Assembly (NCBI GenBank): GCA_910586385.1
Contig: CAJUGX010000001.1
Coordinates: 78,408 to 142,407 of the forward strand
Direction: 5' to 3'
DNA length: 64,000 nt
Source of the DNA: an uncultured Christensenella sp.
Lineage (GTDB): Bacteria; Bacillota; Clostridia; Christensenellales; UBA1242
Part shown: one piece after another, positions 1 through 9,625 of the stretch
Layout of the letters: every line of letters begins with the position of its first letter
Numbering within the stretch: position 1 is the stretch's first letter
Program-made: the position numbers and the translations under genes
The notes under the pieces: model-generated
Databases searched by the model: none
What the model saw: the letters and a program-made list of their open reading frames with translations, nothing else
What the model was told of the DNA's origin: nothing

Positions 1-3000
1 CAGTCTCCTGGTAGACAATCTTGACAACCACTCCACCATCTGTGCCCGTTTGTGGAAGAGCAATTCTTATTTTGTGAGTGAGTTCGTTTTGTTCGTTTGT
101 CACAAATTCAATTCCCCCAACTGCTTCTGCACGGACAACATTCACTGTGCCGATTGAAGAGAGGATGTCTGTGTCACTCAAAGCACAAACGCCAATTGTA
201 AGCGTTCCACCATCAGCGACTTTGCTGTTGTAATCTTCTGGGGCAAGTTCAAACTTATACTTGTCATCGCTGCGAGCAATTGTTTCTGTTTTGTAGAACT
301 GTCCATTGAGATAGATGTCAAACTTTCTTGATTGCCCATAATTTCCAACAAATTCAACTGTTATTGTTGGAAGGTCGGAATCTGACAGGCCTGTTGAATC
401 AAATTCAGCATTTGTGATATTTGGAGTTGCAAATTTATTTACACTTGCCTTCCCTGCGTAAACATAATAATTGCATTCTGTTTTGCCAGTAGGAAGAGCG
501 ACATCTTTTGCATAATAGATTGTCTTTCCAGCAGCGACCGTGTATGTTGCATCGCTTGACGCCTCACCACTTATTGGGAATGTCTCAAGATATGCAGATA
601 CAGAAATTTCAACTTCTCCAGACAACGATTCAAGTGTGCCAAAAAGTTCTTTATTTGTTGTCAAGTTTTCGCTTGTCGCTGAAGTTTTGTAAGTTGCAAT
701 GTTTCCGTTTTCGTCAACAAACATCAAAACATATCTCAAATTGTTCAAATTTTCTGTTGCGCCAAACGCATTCCAAGAGATTGTGTTGTTTTCGTAACTT
801 ACACTCTCATCCACTGGTTTGAGCGTGCTCATCTTTGCAAGAGTCCAAGTCGTCTCTTGACTGTCAATGTAATAAGTTTTTTTGCCGTCGCTCTCTATCG
901 CCTTCTTTCCGACAACCTTGAGCGAGAGATTTCCGTCTTCTGTGATGTCAATCTTTCCAGTCTTGTTGTTTTCAATGCTGCTTGCACTTGTCACTTTCAC
1001 ATATTCAACAAAGTCCTTTTGCACAGAACTGATGTCATAGCCAAGACTTCCATCCTGAAACAATTTGAGTGAAGAAACACTGTCAAGCTTGAAAATTCTT
1101 ACAATGTTTGATGTGGATGATTGAACATAGTATGGGTTTTCAACAACCACTGAGAATTCGTAATATGTAGCATCGTCAAAATCGCTTCTTGCAAAACTCT
1201 TTGAAAGTGCGGAAATGCTTTCGCCAATCGCTTCACCGTTTATCAAAACTTGATATTTGGTTTCACTTTCATAAGATGCATTTGCCAAGACAGGTGACCA
1301 ATTCAAAACAAAATCTGTTGCTGATACATCAAGGTCAAGCTCAAGTGCTGTTTCTGGCATCTTTTCAACAACGCAAACAATCTCGCTGTTGTCAAGATTT
1401 GTTGTTGCAAAGTCAGAGCAGATTGTCACATTTTTGCCATCAACTCTGTTTTGGTGTGCATAAACTGCGAATCCAACTTTTGCACTCTGATTGTAAACAT
1501 TTGCAAATGCTGGGATTTTTTGAAGTTCTGTAATTATCTTTTCAAAATCAATTGTCACAACATTTCCAACTGTGTCAACAAAATTGCCTTCTTCGCTTTC
1601 AATTGTTTCCAAGACATCTGCATATTGAGCGGTTGCAGTCTTTCCAAGTTTAACCACGATGTTTTCCGCTCTGCCATTGAGCCCAACACAAACGATTGTC
1701 AAAACATAATAGTCAGTTGTTGTCGTCGCTGTGTGGTCAAATCTGAGGTTTCCTTTGTAATAAGCAAGGTTTGTTGGTTTTTGAACACGAGTGAAAACAA
1801 AGTCAGGTGGCACAGCAGTCTCTTCGCTGTCCAAATAAACCTTTCCGTTTTCTTTCACGTAAACACCATTTTTAAGTTCGGAACCAAAGTATTTGAAGTT
1901 GAGTTCGAAGTTTGATTTTGCAGCAATAGGGATACGTGCAACTTTTTCAGTCTCGCTTCCGCCAGATGTGCCTTCCCCCCAAATCTTCACACCTCTCGCA
2001 CCAGTGATTGCATTCACACTCAGCTCTTGCTTTGTGCTTTGTGCTGACATGGTTGTTGGATTTACCTCAAGTGCGAAATCGCTTATATTGATGTCACTGC
2101 TTGAAACCTTTCTCAATCTCTCAACAGCAAGTTCATATGCAAGACTTGCGTTGTATATTTCTTCGTTTTCAGAATGTGCCACAACTGAAATTTTGTATTC
2201 TGAGCCAGGATTGTTGAGTGCATCAGAAATCAAAAATTCCGTTGTCTGTCCGCTTGCAATCGCTGGCCTTCCAATAGAAGTATCATTCAAAAGGACTTCA
2301 TAGGAGGTGACATTTTGTCCATTTTCGATTGAGATATAGAAACCATTGTCACCTTTGCCAAGTTCAACATTTTCAACCTCAAGTCTTTCACAAATGTAGA
2401 AAACTTCCTCAAGTGCTTCACTGGAAGAGATGTGAGAATCCTCGTCACCAGTCAAAGCAAAAACTTTCACATAATAATATCCAACTTCGTCAATGTCAAT
2501 CTGAAGACCATCTGTCACCTTTCCAAGATTTTCAAGGCCTGCAGTTTGGATGTTGATTTGTGAAGCATTTTTGTTTGCATCATAGATATTCTTGTCAATT
2601 TTGAAAAGTTGAACTTCATAACCCTCAGCCCCATTTGCACCAGTCCAAGAATAGACTTTGGAACTTGAGTTTCCTGCATTTGCTGTCTGTGGAGCGCTGA
2701 GCATTTCAATTTGTTTTTCAACAGTCTCGTTGATTGAATTTTCTTCAGTCTCGCCTTTGCAAACAATTTTCAAATCGAAGATGTTTTTGCCATTGCTGAA
2801 TACTGTCTCAAACAAATCTTCAAGTTTTCCATTCAGGACGATTTCAACATCATCTCTTCCAACTTCCACTTTGGAAATCTTGTTTGCCAAAACATCTTTG
2901 TATCCGCTTCCCTCATTAACTTGCAAAACATAGTTTTTTCCAAACCTTGTTTTTGCAAAAGTCAAAACAGAATATCCGTCCTTGTTGTAAGAATGCCTAA

Positions 3001-4510
3001 CTCCTCCAACAACCGCATCAACTTTTGTTGCAAGAAGTGGATCACTTTCATTTGAGTTGATTATGTAAACTTCCTCTCCGCCAATCAAGTTTTCAGCAGC
3101 AATTGGAATTTGTTTAAGCGAAATTGTATAGCCCCCGACATTTGAAAGCGACAATTCGAAGTTGAAATTGCTTTCGCCTTCTCCAAATCCCTCAACAACA
3201 GTCGCAGCACCAAGGCCATTTACCATAAGCAAAACATCAACTGGATTTGCTTGTGAGGTGAGGTTCACTCCAAAGCCTGTCCCACCGACAGCATTTCCAC
3301 CAGCACCTTCAATGCTTGCTGTTGGCAATTTATAAACCTTTCCAAGTTCAAGCTCGTCACTTTGGAAGAAGAATCCCCCTTGTCCATTTGTCTTTGCAAC
3401 AATCTTGACATTGTAGAGTCCGGCATCTAAATCATCAAAAGTTGAGACAATATCTTTTCCTTCGTTTCGAGAGAAAATCGTTTTTGATTTTGCAGTGTTG
3501 TTTGCAAAACTCGTCACCTTTTCAAAATCAACAGCAAACTCATAGACATTTTCTGCTGTAGCGATTTTTACCCTTCCGCCATTTTGCGCGTCATAAACAT
3601 ATTCAGCTTCTGGCAAAGCAAGTTTCGTGATCACAACCGTTTCACTTTCAACTGCAAGCAAAACGCCATTCGTGTCATAAGCAACAATGCTCACGGTATG
3701 GTCACCGGCAGAAGCAAGGCTCAAACGCTCTGAAAGATTGAGTGATTTTGCAGATTGTCTTTGTGCAAGTTCGATTCCGTCAAACTTGATTGCATATTCT
3801 GCATCTTCTTCCTCTGTGCCATCCCAAGTCAAAACGCCTGTCTCATGATTCCAAACAAAATTTTCTGCTGGCTGAATGTATCCAACCGAGAGAGTGATTT
3901 CTTCTGAAAGCGCCCCATCATCAAAGTATCCCGTTCCAAGAGCTGAGACTCTGAGATGATAAACACCATTTCTTGAAAGTTTTAGACTTGTCTCTGAAAC
4001 CATCTCCTTTATGCTTATCGTCTCAACGACAAGTGAAGGATCTGCTGGTGAGTAAACCGTGCAAGTACCTTCAACTTTGTACTGGATTGCTGGCACAACT
4101 TCATTGCCATAAAATGCTGACACTGGATTCCAACTGAACACCCCATCATTTGAGAGTGGATTGTCTGAGAAGGTTGGAGCCTTAAATTTGTCTTTGATGA
4201 CGATTTGCATTGAAGCGAGGATATTTTTTTTGTAGAGAGCATGGACATATGATTTGCCTGACTTGTCACCAGCGACCAGAGTTCTTCCGTCGAGACTAAG
4301 CAGATCTGGATTCTCAAGTTTGAAAGTCACATTTTTCTTTTCAACACCTTTGACTGACAAATATTCGTCAAGGCTTATCGACTCGTGGACAGAGACAACA
4401 ATCTCCTTTTTGTCGAATGTCACTTCAGGCTTCTTCAAATCACAAGCCACCAAAAATGTACCTAATGCCAACACAAAGATTGACATCATGAAAATCCTCA
4501 ACTTTTTCAT
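1..4510 (-). CDS. Very large cell-surface lipoprotein (more than 1500 aa). The N-terminus is present and the C-terminus is cut by the window edge. Built from repeated FN3/Ig-like modules.
   Basis: Not in the ORF track because it has no stop inside the window. My minus-strand translation from ATG 4510..4508 gives MKKLRIFMMSIFVLALGTFLVAC/DLKK (lipobox LVAC), preceded by a GAGGGGAG RBS. I checked the frame by hand at both ends (..AVGGIEFVTNEQNELTHKIRIALPQTG.. near nt 120-30). No broken in-frame fragments are listed on this strand. Motifs of the form ..SW(N/T)..A..Y.V.. recur. Confidence 0.75.
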   Translation of the reverse strand, partial: MKKLRIFMMSIFVLALGTFLVACDLKKPEVTFDKKEIVVSVHESISLDEYLSVKGVEKKNVTFKLENPDLLSLDGRTLVAGDKSGKSYVHALYKKNILASMQIVIKDKFKAPTFSDNPLSNDGVFSWNPVSAFYGNEVVPAIQYKVEGTCTVYSPADPSLVVETISIKEMVSETSLKLSRNGVYHLRVSALGTGYFDDGALSEEITLSVGYIQPAENFVWNHETGVLTWDGTEEEDAEYAIKFDGIELAQRQSAKSLNLSERLSLASAGDHTVSIVAYDTNGVLLAVESETVVITKLALPEAEYVYDAQNGGRVKIATAENVYEFAVDFEKVTSFANNTAKSKTIFSRNEGKDIVSTFDDLDAGLYNVKIVAKTNGQGGFFFQSDELELGKVYKLPTASIEGAGGNAVGGTGFGVNLTSQANPVDVLLMVNGLGAATVVEGFGEGESNFNFELSLSNVGGYTISLKQIPIAAENLIGGEEVYIINSNESDPLLATKVDAVVGGVRHSYNKDGYSVLTFAKTRFGKNYVLQVNEGSGYKDVLANKISKVEVGRDDVEIVLNGKLEDLFETVFSNGKNIFDLKIVCKGETEENSINETVEKQIEMLSAPQTANAGNSSSKVYSWTGANGAEGYEVQLFKIDKNIYDANKNASQINIQTAGLENLGKVTDGLQIDIDEVGYYYVKVFALTGDEDSHISSSEALEEVFYICERLEVENVELGKGDNGFYISIENGQNVTSYEVLLNDTSIGRPAIASGQTTEFLISDALNNPGSEYKISVVAHSENEEIYNASLAYELAVERLRKVSSSDINISDFALEVNPTTMSAQSTKQELSVNAITGARGVKIWGEGTSGGSETEKVARIPIAAKSNFELNFKYFGSELKNGVYVKENGKVYLDSEETAVPPDFVFTRVQKPTNLAYYKGNLRFDHTATTTTDYYVLTIVCVGLNGRAENIVVKLGKTATAQYADVLETIESEEGNFVDTVGNVVTIDFEKIITELQKIPAFANVYNQSAKVGFAVYAHQNRVDGKNVTICSDFATTNLDNSEIVCVVEKMPETALELDLDVSATDFVLNWSPVLANASYESETKYQVLINGEAIGESISALSKSFARSDFDDATYYEFSVVVENPYYVQSSTSNIVRIFKLDSVSSLKLFQDGSLGYDISSVQKDFVEYVKVTSASSIENNKTGKIDITEDGNLSLKVVGKKAIESDGKKTYYIDSQETTWTLAKMSTLKPVDESVSYENNTISWNAFGATENLNNLRYVLMFVDENGNIATYKTSATSENLTTNKELFGTLESLSGEVEISVSAYLETFPISGEASSDATYTVAAGKTIYYAKDVALPTGKTECNYYVYAGKASVNKFATPNITNAEFDSTGLSDSDLPTITVEFVGNYGQSRKFDIYLNGQFYKTETIARSDDKYKFELAPEDYNSKVADGGTLTIGVCALSDTDILSSIGTVNVVRAEAVGGIEFVTNEQNELTHKIRIALPQTGTDGGVVVKIVYQET

Positions 4511-4572
4511 AAGAAAATCTCCCCTCTTAAGTTTCTCTCTTGCAGCAAAATCGCCATAATATCCTTGAAAAT

Positions 4573-4602
4573 ATTCTACCACTCTTGGAGCAAATTTATC
4601 AA
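4573..4602 (-). promoter_or_regulatory. Sigma-70-type promoter for the giant lipoprotein gene (TTGATA-18-TAGAAT with TG extension)
   Basis: The minus strand reads TTGATAaatttgctccaagagTGgTAGAAT about 60 nt upstream of the start codon. Confidence 0.4.
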
Positions 4603-4691
4603 ACAAAAAACATAGAAAACTTTTGTATATATAAATATATATAAGGCTGACCAAATCGCTACATCGCCCTAGATATAAGGCGAAAAATTGC

Positions 4692-4727
4692 TAGAAAAAA
4701 CAAAAAACCGCAATGGCGTGCGGTTTT
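4692..4727 (-). terminator. Rho-independent terminator downstream of the 4730..5200 gene
   Basis: The minus strand reads AAAACCGCA-cgccat-TGCGGTTTT followed by TTGTTTTTT. Confidence 0.6.
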
Positions 4728-4729
4728 CG

Positions 4730-5200
4730 CTATTTTTTCAACATATTATTCTTGAAAAAAGTCTCTTTAAGCATTTTTAATTCGTTTTTTTTGTTCTCTA
4801 AAATTTTTTTCAATTCTTCTTTAATTTGCTTGTTTTCAATCTTTTGCAAAGCGTTTTTCACTTCGATAATCCCTATCTCAAGCATCTCCACATCGCATAC
4901 AAACATCTTTGATTGCGCCTTTGAATAGTCCACATTGAAGCCCGAAACGTACTTTCGAGAACTCGAATAGTACCGATTGTCACCGCCAATCATTATCAAA
5001 ATGTTGGACAGGATTTCACAGTTTTGCAGTTCCAACTGGTGCAAAAGCTTCAAACATTCAGCATTGTCTAGCGAAAACTCTTTTGCTTGGTTGTACTGAT
5101 AAAAGAACGTCATGAAGTTTACAAAGCAACCTTTTGAGCCTCCAAACAGATTTTGAATAAGCCCCTCATAATAGGAATTTACACTCAACAATTGACTCAT
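4730..5200 (-). CDS. Hypothetical protein, possibly a degenerate ferritin-like/CotJC-like four-helix bundle
   Basis: 156-aa ORF. The pattern ..LFGGSKGCFVNFMTFFYQ.. / ..LELQNCEIL.. / ..MIGGDNRYY.. echoes Mn-catalase/CotJC helices, but the usual Glu/His metal ligands appear to be replaced. Confidence 0.4.
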   Translation of the reverse strand: MSQLLSVNSYYEGLIQNLFGGSKGCFVNFMTFFYQYNQAKEFSLDNAECLKLLHQLELQNCEILSNILIMIGGDNRYYSSSRKYVSGFNVDYSKAQSKMFVCDVEMLEIGIIEVKNALQKIENKQIKEELKKILENKKNELKMLKETFFKNNMLKK

Positions 5201-5231
5201 AGGCTTTTATATGAATCAAAAAACAAAGTTG

Positions 5232-6050
5232 TTAAAAATCCAACCACTTAGGCTTTTTGACAAGAGTTTTGCCGTCAAGTCCTTTGATTTTGATATCCTC
5301 AAAAGTCATCTTGAAACACGCAAGTTTTTGCCTTGACATACCAAACTTTTTGTTGTCTTCATTTTTTCCATACTTGCCATCCCCAATGATTGGATGTCCA
5401 AGATATGCCAAGTGCGCTCTGATTTGGTGAGTCTTACCTGTCAAAAGTTCGATCTCGACGAGACTGCTCTCTTTTGCATGCTTGATTGTATTGACTTTTG
5501 TTTGGATTTTGACAGTCCCATCTTTTTTCTTATCAAATATCTTTACAAGCGATTTTTCATCATCCTTCGCTAGATATGCAGAGAAAATCTGCGACTTGAC
5601 ATCAAAATCACCCACAACCTCCGCCACATAAAACTTGTGCACACCTTTCCCCTTGAAAGCAGACAAGAGTTTTTTCTCCGCCTCGGTGTTTTTCGCAAAG
5701 ACGACAAGCCCCTCAGTGTTTCTGTCTAGCCTATGCACAGCAATGGCATTTGGCACAACACTTTCAAGCCCATTCTCGCCAGACGTCTCAATCCCCACTT
5801 TCTTGTAGACAATGACAACATCCGCATTCTCATAAACAACATCATACTTCTTGCCAAGCATATCATCAGAATAGAAAAATGTCACTTTGCTTCCACTCTC
5901 AATTACAACATTTTCTCTTTCAACATTGCCATCAACTTTGACATCTTTGCTTCTGAGCATCTTGTTTACATCCGCAAACGAAAAGCCATAGTCCTGCAAA
6001 ATCGTCACAAGTTTTTTGTTTTTTTCTACTATAATCTCTTTCTTGTTCAT
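5232..6050 (-). CDS. RluA-family pseudouridine synthase with an N-terminal S4-like domain
   Basis: Motifs HRLDRNTEGLVVFAK and KTHQIRAHLAYLGHPIIGDGKYG. I place the start at MNKKEII (6050), because the upstream part of the listed ORF contains the promoter TATAAT (6058-6063). Confidence 0.88.
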   Translation of the reverse strand: MNKKEIIVEKNKKLVTILQDYGFSFADVNKMLRSKDVKVDGNVERENVVIESGSKVTFFYSDDMLGKKYDVVYENADVVIVYKKVGIETSGENGLESVVPNAIAVHRLDRNTEGLVVFAKNTEAEKKLLSAFKGKGVHKFYVAEVVGDFDVKSQIFSAYLAKDDEKSLVKIFDKKKDGTVKIQTKVNTIKHAKESSLVEIELLTGKTHQIRAHLAYLGHPIIGDGKYGKNEDNKKFGMSRQKLACFKMTFEDIKIKGLDGKTLVKKPKWLDF

Positions 6051-6103
6051 ATTGTATATTATAACGAAACCAAAAGTTTTTTCAAACAAAAAGGAGACAA
6101 AGC

Positions 6104-6352
6104 ATGGAAAACATCACAATCGAAAACAGAAATCAAATGTCAATAACCGGCGCAACAAAAATGATTTCATCAACAGACAATCAATCTGTGGTGGAAGTTG
6201 GCGATTGCAATATTATTATTTCGGGACAAAATTTGGAAATTACAAAATTAGATTTAGAAAATAAACAAGTAAATATTAAGGGAATAATAAATTCCTTGAA
6301 ATATTCACAAAAAATAGAAAAAAATAATATTTTTAAGAGGTTATTCAAATAA
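6104..6352 (+). CDS. yabP: Sporulation protein YabP
   Basis: 82 aa. ITIENRNQMSITGATKMISSTDNQSVVEVGDCNIIISGQNLEITKLDLENKQVNIKGIINSLKY matches the YabP pattern (L.I.GV..V.SFD...I.L.T..G.L.I.G..L.I..L.LE...L.I.G.I..L.Y). RBS AAAGGAG. Confidence 0.75.
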   Translation: MENITIENRNQMSITGATKMISSTDNQSVVEVGDCNIIISGQNLEITKLDLENKQVNIKGIINSLKYSQKIEKNNIFKRLFK

Positions 6353-6356
6353 AAAT

Positions 6357-6716
6357 ATGCTTTATGAAACATTATCTCAACCCGCTACACTCCTTATATT
6401 ATCGAGCATTGGGCTATTTTCGGGAATTATTTTTGATATAAAAAATATTTTAATATATTTATTCAAAAAAAATAAAATAATAAATCAAATATTATTATTT
6501 TTTTCAATTTTAATTTTATTTTTTATTTATTATTTAATAAATTTGAAAATAAATTATGGTGAAATTAGATTTTTTTCAATATTTATTTTTTTCCTTGCTT
6601 TTTCCATTGAACGTTTTTTTGTACAAAATTTTCTTGCAAATAAAATATTAAGGTGCTACAATAATTCAAAGGAAAAACGAAATGCAAAAAGAAAAAAAAT
6701 GGTGGAAAAACTTTAG
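6357..6716 (+). CDS. yabQ: Spore cortex biosynthesis protein YabQ-like membrane protein
   Basis: 119-aa polytopic protein immediately after yabP. It has G..FD motifs and ..NYGEIRFFSIFIFFLAFSIE (compare the YabQ N.GE.R.Y motif). The coding sequence is very AT-rich. Confidence 0.55.
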   Translation: MLYETLSQPATLLILSSIGLFSGIIFDIKNILIYLFKKNKIINQILLFFSILILFFIYYLINLKINYGEIRFFSIFIFFLAFSIERFFVQNFLANKILRCYNNSKEKRNAKRKKMVEKL

Positions 6717-6927
6717 TACATTTCAAATTGTTGCTTTTATTTTGACAATCTTGTTTGTCATAGGCACAATTGTCACCATTGCAATTTTGATAAACTTGAA
6801 AAACAAAATCGATGATACAAAGGACAAAAATGATCAACTTGAAAATATCATGAAAGACAAGAACCAAGACACTGATGCTCAAAGTTGGATGGCTTTGTAT
6901 GAAAAACAAATAACCGATTTCATTTGA
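6682..6927 (+). CDS. DivIC/FtsB-like septum formation initiator (single TM plus short coiled coil)
   Basis: 81 aa with a basic N-terminus, one TM (FQIVAFILTILFVIGTIVTIAILI) and a charged helical tail. Its position after yabP-yabQ matches the Bacillus gene order. Confidence 0.4.
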   Translation: MQKEKKWWKNFSTFQIVAFILTILFVIGTIVTIAILINLKNKIDDTKDKNDQLENIMKDKNQDTDAQSWMALYEKQITDFI

Positions 6928-6946
6928 TGAGACCGGTTATTTTTTC
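6910..6946 (+). terminator. Terminator of the yabP-yabQ-divIC unit
   Basis: ATAACCG-(17 nt)-CGGTTAT followed by TTTTT. Confidence 0.5.
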
Positions 6947-7144
6947 TAGCACATTTTCATAAAACAATCCAGACACCTTTGTCTCTTTCAGAAAGTCAAC
7001 AACCATCTGACCAACATCTGTGTTTTTTAGGACAAGCAAAAGCACAAGAGTACCTGCCACCAAAAACAACATGGTGAGCAATAATCCCTTAAACCATCCA
7101 CGAAAACAACATACAACCAAAAGGACAAGAACAACATAATCCAT
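6920..7144 (-). CDS. Small membrane protein, CvpA-like N-terminal region
   Basis: 74 aa. MDYVVLVLLVVCCFRGWFKGLL resembles the start of CvpA. Two predicted TM helices. Confidence 0.35.
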   Translation of the reverse strand: MDYVVLVLLVVCCFRGWFKGLLLTMLFLVAGTLVLLLVLKNTDVGQMVVDFLKETKVSGLFYENVLEKITGLIK

Positions 7145-7189
7145 AAAAGAGTTTTTGCCCTATTGCAAATTTGTAAACAAAAAAGATTT

Positions 7190-7741
7190 CTAATCAGAAA
7201 TCTTTTCTTCCATATTCTCCGTTTTGAAAACTTCTTCGCTTTTTGTCATTTCTTCTGTCACGCTCTCACCCTCACTTGGCGCTTCAATAGGTGAAACCAT
7301 AGACGAGAGATAGTTATATAGTTCATCCATATTTCCATCAATGACAGACAAATAGACACACCTGCCATCGAAAACACCTTTGTTTCCTCTCATCAAGTTA
7401 AATCCATAAAAATCCTTGCCTACCCCAAAAACAAGTTCGTCAAATGGAAGTTCGTTCAGCATATATGTTTGATCAAACTTTATTGAAACATAAATCCCAT
7501 TCTTGGTTTGTTCTTGAAAGATTTCCGGCGTTACAACGCCAAATGCAGGCATTGTGTGACAATTTGCAAACAACTCCTCAACTTTGGTTTTGAGTTCTTC
7601 CTTTTGGTCGATTGTCATTTCAATTGTCTTTCCGTCAACCATAACATCGTAATTTGCCGAATATGGCAAAACATCAACTGCTTCAAAAAGTGACATTATC
7701 ATCATTGGTACTCCCATAAAAAAGAAAAGTATTCTCCACAT
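7190..7741 (-). CDS. Hypothetical membrane-anchored/secreted protein with an acidic C-terminus
   Basis: 183-aa ORF with a hydrophobic N-terminus (MWRILFFFMGVPMMIMSLF). I recognised no motif. Confidence 0.5.
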   Translation of the reverse strand: MWRILFFFMGVPMMIMSLFEAVDVLPYSANYDVMVDGKTIEMTIDQKEELKTKVEELFANCHTMPAFGVVTPEIFQEQTKNGIYVSIKFDQTYMLNELPFDELVFGVGKDFYGFNLMRGNKGVFDGRCVYLSVIDGNMDELYNYLSSMVSPIEAPSEGESVTEEMTKSEEVFKTENMEEKISD

Positions 7742-7798
7742 AACAAAACTCCTTTGTTTCTATTTTGCTTTAATACTCTTCTTTATATTCATATATTT

Positions 7799-9625
7799 TT
7801 ATGCGTCTTGAAATTGGCTGTTGTAAAGGTCGGCATAGAAACCACCCTTCTCCAAAAGCTGTTCGTGATTTCCACTTTCAACAATGTCTCCATTTTTCAA
7901 AACGAGAATTATGTCTGCGTTTTTGATTGTTGAAAGTCTGTGTGCAATAACAAACGAAGTTCTTCCAGCTGACACCTTATCCATAGCCTTTTGAATAAGT
8001 TCTTCTGTCCTGGTGTCGACCGAACTTGTCGCCTCATCCAAAATAAGCATTGGTGCATTGTTTACCATGGCTCTTGCAATGGTGAGGAGTTGTCTTTGCC
8101 CTTGGCTTATGTTTGCCTTTTCATCGATAACCATATCATATCCATTTGGAAGAGATCTGATAAAGTGGTCGATGTGAGCAAAACTGCAAGCCTTTTCAAT
8201 TTCTTCATTGGTAAGTCCATAAGTCCCATAACTTACATTTTCTCTGATTGTGCCTTCAAAAAGCCATGCGTCTTGCAAAACCATGCCAAAGTATCCACGC
8301 ACTTCCTCTCTTGGCATATCTTTGATTGAAACGCCGTCAATCAAGATGTCTCCACTGTTGAGTTCATAAAATCTCATCAAAAGGTTTACAAGCGTTGTTT
8401 TTCCCGCCCCAGTAGGCCCCACAATTGCCACCTTTTGACCAGCCTTAACTTTTGCGCTGAAATCATGGATGATCACTTTGTCTGGGTCATAGCCAAAACA
8501 AACATTTTTGAATTCAACATTTCCCACAACTTTTTGAAGCTTACGCTCTTTATGCTCTTCTTCTTGCTCTTCTGCATCAAGAAACTCAAAGAGTCTTTCG
8601 CTGGCAGCAGCAGTTTGTTGGAGAGTGCTTGAAATGTTTGCAACATTGCTTACTTGGTTGTTGAATGTTCTCATATAAGTTATAAAAGTTACGATCGTTG
8701 CAGCATAAATTGGATCATTGTTCTTGATTGCAATATATCCACCCAAAATACAAATCACGATATAAGATGCGTTTCCGATAAAGTTCATGATTGGGTGCAT
8801 AAGACCACTAAGCACATTCGCTCTATAAGCGGATTTGAAAAGCATGCTGTTTGTCTTGTCAAACTTCACCTGCTCTTTCTTTTCTCCACTGAAAACTTTC
8901 ACAACATTGTGCGCTGAATAGACCTCTTCAATCTGCCCATTGATTTCCCCAAGTTCACTCTGTTGTCTTACAAAGTATTTCTGAGAAAGTTTTACAATAA
9001 TAAGCACAAGCCCGATTGAAATTGGCATGATTGCTATCACGACAAGGGTCATAAGCCAACTGTTGACAAACATCATGATCACTGAGCCAATTATCATCGT
9101 CACGCTTGAAATAACACTGCTCAAGCTGTTGCTGAGGCTGTTTCCAAGTGTGTCAACATCATTTGTCACGCGACTCAAGGTGTCGCCAATTGAGTTGTCG
9201 TCAAAATATTTGAGAGGGAGTCTGTTTATCTTTTTGCTGATACCTTCTCTATACTTCTTGGTTATGACAGCTGTCACCTTTGCCATAATAAAACTCTGCA
9301 AAAAGTTTAAGATACTGCTGCCAACATACATGCAGATGAGGATTATCCCAAAGTATGCAACCTTTGCCATGTCTATTGCAACATTTTCAAAACCAGCCTT
9401 TACAATGACTTCTGCAAGTTTTTTGATAATTGTTGGCGAAACAATGTTGAGCGTCGTGCTGGCAATTGCAAATGCCAACGACATGATTATGAGCCATTTG
9501 AAGCCAGACAATGATTTTGCAAGTCTGACAATGCTCTTCTTGAAATTTTTTGCTTTTTCACCTGTTACTCCACCTCTTCCCATAGGGCCTCGCATTGGAG
9601 CAACTTTTCTATTTTTTTGTTCCAT
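7799..9625 (-). CDS. ABC exporter permease/ATPase subunit. It has the consensus Walker B but a degenerate signature motif.
   Basis: N-terminal 6-TM domain. Walker A GPTGAGKTT, Walker B LILDEATSSVD. The signature is ISQGQ instead of LSGGQ. Confidence 0.9.
   Translation of the reverse strand: MEQKNRKVAPMRGPMGRGGVTGEKAKNFKKSIVRLAKSLSGFKWLIIMSLAFAIASTTLNIVSPTIIKKLAEVIVKAGFENVAIDMAKVAYFGIILICMYVGSSILNFLQSFIMAKVTAVITKKYREGISKKINRLPLKYFDDNSIGDTLSRVTNDVDTLGNSLSNSLSSVISSVTMIIGSVIMMFVNSWLMTLVVIAIMPISIGLVLIIVKLSQKYFVRQQSELGEINGQIEEVYSAHNVVKVFSGEKKEQVKFDKTNSMLFKSAYRANVLSGLMHPIMNFIGNASYIVICILGGYIAIKNNDPIYAATIVTFITYMRTFNNQVSNVANISSTLQQTAAASERLFEFLDAEEQEEEHKERKLQKVVGNVEFKNVCFGYDPDKVIIHDFSAKVKAGQKVAIVGPTGAGKTTLVNLLMRFYELNSGDILIDGVSIKDMPREEVRGYFGMVLQDAWLFEGTIRENVSYGTYGLTNEEIEKACSFAHIDHFIRSLPNGYDMVIDEKANISQGQRQLLTIARAMVNNAPMLILDEATSSVDTRTEELIQKAMDKVSAGRTSFVIAHRLSTIKNADIILVLKNGDIVESGNHEQLLEKGGFYADLYNSQFQDA

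Noticed and set aside
6357-6716. The extremely AT-rich stretch, considered as a non-coding spacer or insertion remnant
   Set aside because: It is a continuous 119-codon frame encoding a polytopic membrane protein with YabQ-like motifs, directly after yabP. The AT-richness reflects Ile/Phe/Leu/Lys/Asn codons.
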